NCBI GenBank assembly: GCA_030167865.1
Contig: JALAGF010006383.1
Coordinates: 1 to 40,302, forward strand
Direction: 5' to 3'
From: Craspedostauros australis
Lineage: Eukaryota
DNA: 40,302 nucleotides
Shown here piece after piece: positions 32,058 to 40,302 of the stretch; position 1 is the first letter of the stretch; each line of letters begins with the position of its first letter. The notes under the pieces are model-generated. The model was not told the origin of the DNA, made no database searches, and saw only the letters and a program-made list of their open reading frames with translations. The position numbers and the translations under genes are program-made.

Positions 32058-32978
32058 ACTCGCAGCTGGGCATCGCTTTCTTTCCTTCGCTCTTATCTCA
32101 ACACGATCCGCCCATGTGAACGACGGGTTCATCCAGCTCATGCCACCACGTCGCCAATGCGTTGTCGGTCCTTGTGTACATAGCTCGCAGAGGTCAGCTG
32201 CTTTCCTAGAACGCACCCATACGAAACTGGGACCCCGAGTGGTGTCTTGCGGATAGCTCCATGGATGACGGGACATGAGTACTCCACAGCAATGCAATAT
32301 CCTCCATCACAAACCTAATGAATGAGTAGGACAGAACAGAACATGAAATCGGAGAGGCTTGGGGTAAACATGCGCCGCACCATACTATACTCCATCGGGT
32401 GTGTTCAGCTCGAAGCGGAGCCATGGTATTCGGTTTCCGACTGCGTGATGATAGCAGACTTAATGTTTGATAACTAATACAATTTGTTTTGACCGAAAAA
32501 GAGTAAAATTCTATTTTATGCACGTTTCAGTCATTCCATGTGCATCATGTGTCATCTCAAACCGTGCTTTTCATTGTTAGGATCTGCGTGAATATACCTT
32601 TCGACATGTTTTTATTGAACGAATCAGCCGTTATACTCGCGCCTGTCGAGCTTCTTGCCGCCATCCAGAACGGAATTTCTTGGAAACACTTAGCGAATTC
32701 TCAAATGTTTGCACGTGTTGTGAGAAGTGCTCGCGTGACAAAACAATCCAAGCAGGCCACTGCACTCTGCCTCCAAAGAACATCCACTCCCGCCACCCGA
32801 CCTTTTCAGCACTCCTGTGGCATCCCCTGTGTCTTGCTTCGTTCCCTTCTTCGCGGTACAACCTACTCCCAATCATCGAAGCAACTGCGAGAAAGCTGTC
32901 AAGCATCCGCACATTCGTTTGTTCATTCATTTGTTCACCCACCTTTGTGCCCACCTGTCCAGCCACCCATCATCTATC

Positions 32979-33731
32979 ATGGGACAAACGCAAGTCGAAA
33001 TCACGGGCCTCCAGCTACGATGGCTTGGCACGAGTACGGCAGTGTTCGAAGTCGTAGCGGTGTTCGTGCTGATGTACGTTGCTGCGAAACGTCGATTGGC
33101 CATGAACCCACAAGAGAAGGAGGAGGAGGAGGCATCCGACACGGAAAGACACAGCGACACGGAGATGCCAATTAGACGACTGTCGTCAGCCGTTGAAGAA
33201 GAAGAGCATGGCATCGAGATCGTGCCAACCACATCCAGCAATTCGAGTGCCTCGTCGCCATTGAATTCAGCGGGAGGTCATCGAGGGCAGGAGCAACCCA
33301 CCACTGTGCTTGGAACATCACAACGAATACAGGTCTTGGATGGAATTGGAATGATGGTGACGACGTTGCAATTCGATGGCGATGATGACGATGTGGAAAC
33401 CATCGGCCAGCCCACGTACGAGACCATGGGAAAGGATAACCATGCAAGTACGTACAAAGACGAGCACGAGCACGACCACGAGCACGGGAATTCAGAAGAT
33501 GTGGAAGTAATAATTCGTCAAGCAGCAGGAAATACGAAGGCGTTCCACCGCGATGCGCCGCCAATACCACCGATCGATCAAGGAAGGGTTCCTACATCGA
33601 TCCACCTGCCAATGAACGAGATGGATGAAGAGATTTACGAGTATGAACACGAGGAGGCCGATCGCGATGAAGTGGAGGAGGCGTTGGACGGAGAGCATGC
33701 GTTCGCATTCCATGACATCTCCGTGTGTTGA
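32979..33731 (+). CDS. Hypothetical single-pass membrane protein (~250 aa) with an acidic disordered tail
   Basis: ATG at 32979 after a C/A-rich leader. Hydrophobic stretch AVFEVVAVFVLMYVAA followed by KRR (positive-inside), then E/D/H-rich sequence. Confidence 0.65.
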   Translation: MGQTQVEITGLQLRWLGTSTAVFEVVAVFVLMYVAAKRRLAMNPQEKEEEEASDTERHSDTEMPIRRLSSAVEEEEHGIEIVPTTSSNSSASSPLNSAGGHRGQEQPTTVLGTSQRIQVLDGIGMMVTTLQFDGDDDDVETIGQPTYETMGKDNHASTYKDEHEHDHEHGNSEDVEVIIRQAAGNTKAFHRDAPPIPPIDQGRVPTSIHLPMNEMDEEIYEYEHEEADRDEVEEALDGEHAFAFHDISVC

Positions 33732-34060
33732 CCAACCTACGCAAAAGCCTTGCGGTGAAGGAGGGGGGAGGGGGCATCGGGGCATGGGGTGCGATATGGT
33801 GGGAGTAGAGTATCGTATGTACCCTACGAGTGCACGTAGACAGCAACTCTCTTGTTTTGAGGATTGGAAACAAAGGAATGCTCCTCCTTTGATCATGAAA
33901 ATTCATGGATGACTTGGCCTCGTGGTGCACAGATACTGCATTCCATGAGAATTGTGTGATAGTTATATCACAGAACAGGAGTGCCTCGTGCGCTCCTGTG
34001 TTGTTCATCTCAAGTGTTCTTCGATGCTGCTAGCATAGGCACAACGTTGCATGGTGCTAT

Positions 34061-35548
34061 CTATCCTTCTGCAATAGTTGCGCGCTCCTTCATGGCGGCC
34101 TGCAGTAATGCTGGTTCATCGCAGTGTTTCTGCAAGAGCGACGACACGATTGCGTTGATGGAATCATCGGCATCGCAACCACCATCGCCATTATCAGCAT
34201 CGCTATCATTGGATGTTCCAAGGTGTTGCCGCGCTTCCAAGAATCGATGAAATTTTGGATAGCACCAGACTGTGATGTCAGGTTCCTCCTGGCTGAAATC
34301 ATCCATGGGAATGTGCATCCCGGCAGCATGCAAACAGCAGCGCGTATCAGCCTCGGTGGAGGAGTAGATAGGATCTCCCAGTAGCGGCAAACCGACCGAC
34401 TTGGCAGCAACCCGCAACTGATGCGTCTTGCCCGTGTACGGGCGGAATAGTATGCAAGTTTTGGGCAGCACAGACGACGGCCCATCCTTTGCATCGCTGG
34501 ATGCTGGAAAGACGTTGCCCATGCCCGCAGTAAAGAACCTAGTGACTGCTTTGGACGCATCCGTGCGTTGGCCTTCCTGCTCGGCGTCCGCGCCAATCGA
34601 TGGGGTAGAATCCTTGGCAGCATCTGTCTGTTGGCTCTCATCGCCATGCTCCTTCCGACTGCCGCCCCCACTGTTCTCTTGCTGCTTCCGCCGCCCACGA
34701 CTTTCGCCAGATTTGGCACCGCTGAGCAGTTTCCATGACTTGTTGCGCGATCTCGCCATGACGCCCCGCACCCATCCCTGCTTCTTCGCTTTGGGCTTTC
34801 GAGCAGATAACCCAACGTAGTACTTGACCACGGTCTTGTCGCGAAATTGCTTGGAGAGGTACTGCGCCATCTCGGATGACTTTGCAAAGACCAAGATGCC
34901 GGATGTCACCTTGTCCAATCGATGCACGCCATACAGCCGGAACGGGAGGTCATCCGGAGTGGAATCTGGATCGAGCTCAGACTGATGCACGTGCATGTCC
35001 ACGTCGCCGTCTTCGTCCTTCTCTGTTGCGGACTGCAACCTCTGCCTCTTGAGTTGCTTGCGCAAGAGCGTGACAATGCCATCCGTTGGGACATCGATTG
35101 CAGATGGGTGATCCGCCATGTGATCCACCTCATTGTGATGTGACACATCGTGCGGCTTGTCGATGATGAGCACATGGTCGGTCTCATAAAGTATCTCAAC
35201 ATCTTGCCCGCTTGAATTGGATAGATTGGATGCATCCAACATCTCCGAGGTCGCATCCGAAAAGGATGAAGACCACAGCATCGTTGATGATGATGGTGGT
35301 GACTTCGCATGGCATCCTTTGCCACCATACTCGGAACATGACGTCTGCGGATACCTTTGCGCATGCACCCTATCACTATCGCTGCCACCACATGCTGTGC
35401 CCCGCCATGCCTGCTGACCAACGAATTGCACTCTCACGGAAGAAATGAGCGAATGCGTCGGTGCCAAACACTCCAAACAAGTCAGTAGAAGCAATAGACA
35501 TGATCGCAAGCCTTGTCGTGAAAGCCTTGACTTCGATGGTCGCCTCAT
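34061..35548 (-). CDS. RluA-family RNA pseudouridine synthase, probably organelle (plastid) targeted
   Basis: Motifs ILYETDHVLIIDKP, VHRLDKVTSGILVFAK (catalytic HRLD), KYYVGL, PYTGKTHQLRVAAKSVGLPLLGDPIY and LHA. N-terminal signal-like LRSCLLLLLTCLECLAPTHS. Confidence 0.93.
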   Translation of the reverse strand: MRRPSKSRLSRQGLRSCLLLLLTCLECLAPTHSLISSVRVQFVGQQAWRGTACGGSDSDRVHAQRYPQTSCSEYGGKGCHAKSPPSSSTMLWSSSFSDATSEMLDASNLSNSSGQDVEILYETDHVLIIDKPHDVSHHNEVDHMADHPSAIDVPTDGIVTLLRKQLKRQRLQSATEKDEDGDVDMHVHQSELDPDSTPDDLPFRLYGVHRLDKVTSGILVFAKSSEMAQYLSKQFRDKTVVKYYVGLSARKPKAKKQGWVRGVMARSRNKSWKLLSGAKSGESRGRRKQQENSGGGSRKEHGDESQQTDAAKDSTPSIGADAEQEGQRTDASKAVTRFFTAGMGNVFPASSDAKDGPSSVLPKTCILFRPYTGKTHQLRVAAKSVGLPLLGDPIYSSTEADTRCCLHAAGMHIPMDDFSQEEPDITVWCYPKFHRFLEARQHLGTSNDSDADNGDGGCDADDSINAIVSSLLQKHCDEPALLQAAMKERATIAEG

Positions 35549-35660
35549 CGTGTTGCAATGCGAGTGGTCGTAATCATGGCCATTGTGCAGCTGGTCGCTG
35601 GTGGCTGGTGGTCGTCCGCGAGGTGGATCTCGTCCTGGTTGTGTGTCTGTGATTTCGCGG

Positions 35661-35683
35661 TGTGATGTGATGTGATGTGATGT
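35661..35683. repeat. (TGTGA)n microsatellite upstream of the pseudouridine synthase
   Basis: tgtgatgtgatgtgatgtgatgt seen directly. Confidence 0.85.
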
Positions 35684-36100
35684 GGATTGAAGATGGTACT
35701 CGCGACGTCACGACGATGCTTGGGTATCTCAAGTAGTCGAATGTGTCGACTTTTCGAATGGGAAATGACCATGGAGATGTGAGAAAAGCCGGTCCGAACG
35801 CAACGTCACGAACGACATTGTGCGCGCACATCGTGGAGGATGATTGTCAATGTGACTTTCCCAGAGAGGCAACAACAGTGGAACAACAGCAACAGCAGAT
35901 CTCTTGGTGTTTGGAGATCAATCGACGCAGTGCCAAGGATCACAATCGCGTGCAGTCGGAGCCAATGCATATACTACAATAGAGTATAATGCAATACATA
36001 CTGCTGTTTCACACGCTTCCATCACCACTTCGCAGCCAAATCGCAACCACGCTTCCTCACAATTCTACATACGACTATCGCGACATTTGACGATCCGATC

Positions 36101-37336
36101 ATGCTGTCCGCCTCTGAAGCTACGAGTATGACCGATCCGCCATTCGGGGATGACGCAGGAAGCAGCGACGGCGACGACGAGTTGGTCGTGGTCGGTGATC
36201 ATGACACTCATGATGACGATGATGACGATGATAACGACGGCAACACTGATGATGGACACAACATGAGCGGCAGCAGCCGACGTTCCGCCAGATCCCGACG
36301 ACGATCCAACGCGGCCGGTGCTCGGCTGCGTGCCAAGCTCCAAGCGCAGGAAGAGATCAAGTTCTACTTCCGATTCTTGCGCTGCATCGTCATCGTCACG
36401 GCGGGTTGGTTCCTCGTCTTGGTGCTCGCTTACGTTCCCAACAACCAAGCGATGGACCCCACCACGGAACTTCTCATGTCCGTCATGGGCGTCGTCGTAT
36501 TCGTCGCCGGGATCCTCGTGTGTTGCTGCGCGCCCAAGGACCTCACGCCGGCTCAGCTGCCCACCGAGGATCCGCAGGAACGTCGGCGCAATCGTGGCCG
36601 GTCCAAGGCAGCGGCTGGCGAGCGCGGTGGTCTCATGGACAACAGCTACGACGTGGATCAGCATGATGAGGCAGCAGCTGGTGGACGCTCTGCGCGCAAC
36701 CGTGCAGAACAGCAAGCACCGGAGATGGAACACAGCGAGGACTTTCCGTATCCTTTCGCAGCCACTGCGATCCGCGTGCGACAATCCGGTCTCGATGATG
36801 AGGATGTCTTTGACGATGAAGATATGCCATTCGGGGCTGCTGCAGCGGGGGGTAACGCTGTCGTATCGCAGCCACCGCGCGATGGGGAATACAAGATCAT
36901 TTGCACCGCCGTGTACTTTGGCAAGACCATCCGAAGCGAAGGGACCTTGGAGCTCTGCTTCACGCCATCCGCGACGCTCGCGCACGGCTCATCTCCATCC
37001 GGATGGGACATTCAGGGCACGCAGCGCTTCCAATCGTCGACGCGGCCCTTGATCGATGGCTTCGTCAACCGCCATGGCCAGCTCTACTGGATCGTGCCAA
37101 TGCCGCAACTGGGACACTGCACATACCGCGGTATGTTCGATACCACATCCAACACCATCTTTGATGGTGAATTCAAGTCCAAGACGGGACCCAAAGGACG
37201 CATCGTGCGCATGGAGAGGGCGGGTGACGTGAATGAACGCAAACAGAGCAACGATGACGACACTCCAAGTCATGATGCGCTTTCGCACAGCGCAAGCGCG
37301 GGGAAGAAGGACATTGAGATGGTCGAGCTGGCATGA
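36101..37336 (+). CDS. Hypothetical two-TM membrane protein (411 aa) with a C-terminal Gly/aromatic beta-rich domain
   Basis: Intronless ORF from ATG with coding-like codon usage. TM1 FLRCIVIVTAGWFLVLVLAYV, TM2 LLMSVMGVVVFVAGILVCCC. C-terminal PRDGEY...GWDIQG...DGFVNRHGQLYW...YRGMFD...FDGEF. Confidence 0.85.
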   Translation: MLSASEATSMTDPPFGDDAGSSDGDDELVVVGDHDTHDDDDDDDNDGNTDDGHNMSGSSRRSARSRRRSNAAGARLRAKLQAQEEIKFYFRFLRCIVIVTAGWFLVLVLAYVPNNQAMDPTTELLMSVMGVVVFVAGILVCCCAPKDLTPAQLPTEDPQERRRNRGRSKAAAGERGGLMDNSYDVDQHDEAAAGGRSARNRAEQQAPEMEHSEDFPYPFAATAIRVRQSGLDDEDVFDDEDMPFGAAAAGGNAVVSQPPRDGEYKIICTAVYFGKTIRSEGTLELCFTPSATLAHGSSPSGWDIQGTQRFQSSTRPLIDGFVNRHGQLYWIVPMPQLGHCTYRGMFDTTSNTIFDGEFKSKTGPKGRIVRMERAGDVNERKQSNDDDTPSHDALSHSASAGKKDIEMVELA

Positions 37337-37835
37337 TCAATCCATGCAAAGTGGTACTCTACTACGCTTTGTTCCACCAGAATCTAAGTATTTAGGAGCA
37401 TGACACTACAGCCCATGCATCGGAACACGAACCTCGCGCTTAAGGGGGTGTCCATTGACGTGGAAGCAAAGCACATGCGGCCGGAGCCGAACCTGAAAAC
37501 CACACGCACTGTACCCGCACCCAAACGTACATTCTACCGTCGTCAGCAGAAACATGATGATGATCGTCATCACCGTCAGCATCACGGTGGGGTGTGATGT
37601 GGTGTGGCATCGAATTATGTACTATGTACTATGTACGAGTATATGAGGTATGTTCTATTTGTACATATTGTGGTTATGATATCTAGCGAATGGGTCGCAG
37701 CGATGCCGCGGGCGTGAGCCAATGGGGGCAACGGAACGTGATCTGAGCGGAATTGCGGATCTGCTGTGCGATCGGAACCTTTCCGGAGCAGCTTGAAGCA
37801 CTTTGCTCCTTCATATGCTGCAGACGCAAGCCTGC

Positions 37836-39002
37836 CTATGCTGCGCCGGCAGCAAAGTGCTGGCAGGTTGGGCCAAGGAACACGTTCAGCAGCAGTTCCT
37901 CGTACAGCTCTTCGCCGAAACATCGCTTCAGGATGTTGCGCTGCCGATGGTAGTACTGCTGCTCTTGCTGTGGCAGATGTTGCTGCTGCTCTGGGGCAAG
38001 CGCGGATTCTTGCGTGCCTTGGTCTTGGAGGGCGGCAAGCTGGCATCGTTCTTGCAGGTGGTACATGCACTCTGCCATCTGGCTCCAGTGATCCTGGGCA
38101 TCGCAAGGTGAGGATTCTGCGAGGCTGGAGCATTCGAGCGCGGCCAGGTTGTTGGTGGCAACCACCTCGAGCACCAAGGCCTGCTCTACTGGGCCGGCTG
38201 GTTGCTGCTCGCATTCAAGCGAGGCTTCCGCGTTGATGATGGGGAGGCACCGGAAGACCATGGTGTACAGCGCCTGCGCTTTGAAGGGGTCGCTGTGATG
38301 ATGCGCCAAACCAAGGTTGAAGATGACACCGGCGCTGTACAGGGTCAGGACGGCATTGCTCAACCGCATTCGCTGAGAGTCTTGCAGGCTGCGGTCACGC
38401 AAGTAGCTGGGCACGACGAACTGCAGAGGCTGATCGATGACGAAGATTCCACCGTCTTCTTGAGGTTCTGTTTGCGCCTGTCTCGCTGCCATGGCTTGTG
38501 ATGGCACACGTCTGGAAGAGGCACCACTACTGCCGGTGACACCGTGTCTCGAGGTGTTGCACTTCTTCATTCTCTTCGGCGTCGAAGGACTGCACGGGTG
38601 CGGGGCATCGTGCTGGTGCAGCATCGTCTCTTGCATTCGCTTCGTCCAAAAGAACTTGACGGTGGAGAGCTTCGGTCTCACCAGGAGCTGCCGGTAGGCG
38701 CAGCCGCAGCATGCGCGCGAACATGCTTGAGGCGATGGTCCTGGGCCGGTGCTAGTGCTTGTGGAAGATAGGGAGCACAGTGAAGCTCCTTCGTTGCAGC
38801 TCTGGCAACCGCTCTGGCCGTCGCTGCAATTGCCCAATATGGCATCATCCGCATCTTCTTCCGTGCGACATTCCCGGAGCAGCTTTCTCAGGGTGCACAG
38901 AGAGAGTTCCAGACGCTTCTTGCCAGCGTCGACTTGACCGCTTGACAGGAGGAGCGCTCCCTCGTTGTTCCAGTGGATGGCCTGTTCAAGGAGATGCATC
39001 AT
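37836..39002 (-). CDS. Hypothetical TPR-like helical protein of a family expanded in diatoms (~388 aa)
   Basis: Characteristic motifs AIHWNNEGALLL, IFVIDQPL, SAGVIFNLGLAHH...KAQALY, VATNNLA, ELLLN and C-terminal AGAA. First ATG at 39002. Confidence 0.85.
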   Translation of the reverse strand: MMHLLEQAIHWNNEGALLLSSGQVDAGKKRLELSLCTLRKLLRECRTEEDADDAILGNCSDGQSGCQSCNEGASLCSLSSTSTSTGPGPSPQACSRACCGCAYRQLLVRPKLSTVKFFWTKRMQETMLHQHDAPHPCSPSTPKRMKKCNTSRHGVTGSSGASSRRVPSQAMAARQAQTEPQEDGGIFVIDQPLQFVVPSYLRDRSLQDSQRMRLSNAVLTLYSAGVIFNLGLAHHHSDPFKAQALYTMVFRCLPIINAEASLECEQQPAGPVEQALVLEVVATNNLAALECSSLAESSPCDAQDHWSQMAECMYHLQERCQLAALQDQGTQESALAPEQQQHLPQQEQQYYHRQRNILKRCFGEELYEELLLNVFLGPTCQHFAAGAA

Positions 39003-40302
39003 CGAGGAGTTACAAAGGGGCAAGTGGGCCTTGTTCTTGACTTTGGTGTGCCAGCAGGGATGTCTGAGGTTGATGGGCTGAGGTTGATGGGCTGGAGTTG
39101 TGCGAGTTGTGATTTTATGAGATGTGGCTCTGTGACTCGTTGGGTGGTCAATTCGCTTTGGTGCGCAAGGATCTGGGAGGTCCCATCCAGGAGGCGGGGC
39201 ATTGGGAAAAGATGAAGGATGGGACGGAACAGGGGTGATGTGGGGAACAACAACGAAAGTGGGCAGAGCAGAGCGGAGGAACGTGCGATGCGGCGATCAA
39301 GACGAAGCGAAGGAGAAATAATCGTGTTAGGACATGGTGATGTGATGGGTATTATGGGCGGCTCGTGGTCAACAACCAACAATGACCAAAAGACAGGAGC
39401 AGTGGGGTCCCCAATCGTGATGCCGCCATCTGACCTGAAATTCGTGGGATCCATCAGTTTCAAAACACTGTGTGGTGATTGGGCAAGGAATCTCGGGAAC
39501 AGGCGCATCGTTGACTGCACTTGCGCAGTTGTTCCACTTCGCGCTTCATGGTCCATGCACGTGCTTCGCGTTGTCACAAAGAGCGTGGCGAAACCACGCA
39601 ATGTACGGCATCGTACAAACTTGATGCCAGTCGTGTCCACCGTGCATGGGCGCAGTACCAACAGTCCACGATGGAGGTGTCTCACATGGACAGAGGAAGA
39701 GGAGGTCCTGCCTTCACTCAGCAGCAAGAAGCCAATGATGTTGCTGCACGTCCCGTTGATTAACGAATGAGCGAGAGAATTTAGAGGCCTCTCCGCGCAC
39801 ATACGGGTAGTCCACTCGCACCAGTGCGTGAAACACTCCACCGTGGGAAGGCTGACACTCCGACCACGCTCCTTGCGCGAACCTGGGAGCAGGGGAAATA
39901 GTCGTCGCTCAAAAAAAAAGGCTGTTTTTATGCACTTGTTCACGGGCATTTTCCCCGCATCAGACTGATACGACCAATGCTGTCAGGACAATGCAAATCA
40001 ACGCAAGTGGTATCGATAGTACTCCAATGGGAGTTGTTGTTGGCGTTTGTGCTCCTTGGTTTTGGTGGTGACTGGTGTGGTCGTTTGGTTCTGCGTTGGT
40101 TTCTGCGTCGTTCATGTCCTTCACACAGCACCGAGTGTTTCTCGGCGTTGGACCCGCTTTCGTTGTTATTCGACGGGCGCGACACCCACAGTCATGCATT
40201 CGGTGTCTCTGTTCCATGCACGCAAATCGCCAACACAAATAGAGGAATCGACTGCTCGTGGTTCCTGGTCATCCTTCTGTGAACTCACAAGCGCGCGCTT
40301 GC

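Noticed and set aside
38999..39949. 316-aa minus-strand ORF abutting the TPR-like gene
   Set aside because: Reads like promoter/5' UTR sequence, is in a different frame from the gene and has no domain signature.
1..40302. tRNA, rRNA, snRNA, CRISPR array or an operon-like novel system
   Set aside because: None recognised by eye. The genes are functionally unrelated and alternate in orientation. An Infernal/tRNAscan run would be needed to exclude small RNAs.

Overview
Eukaryotic genomic window, most likely a diatom or close ochrophyte relative. The basis is a bipartite plastid-targeting presequence, a tandem helicase-associated (HA) domain protein, a diatom-type TPR-like protein, short GT-AG introns and microsatellite-rich UTRs. 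From left to right it holds: the 5' part of a Mutator-like (MULE) DNA transposon, whose transposase ORF is hidden by an assembly gap; a probable plastid/thylakoid membrane protein with a poly-Asp tail; a three-exon eIF4G; a 1267-aa low-complexity protein; an HA-domain protein; an unknown ~720-aa protein; a spliced bZIP transcription factor; a ~6.6 kb gene-poor stretch; a small membrane protein; an RluA-family pseudouridine synthase; a two-TM unknown protein; and a TPR-like unknown protein. I saw no rRNA, tRNA or CRISPR array, and no convincing novel multi-gene system. The most interesting signals are the MULE end abutting a host 3' UTR, non-canonical features of eIF4G, alternative C-termini of the bZIP, and a recurrent TACGAGTA motif. 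All calls come from reading the sequence by eye; no searches were run.
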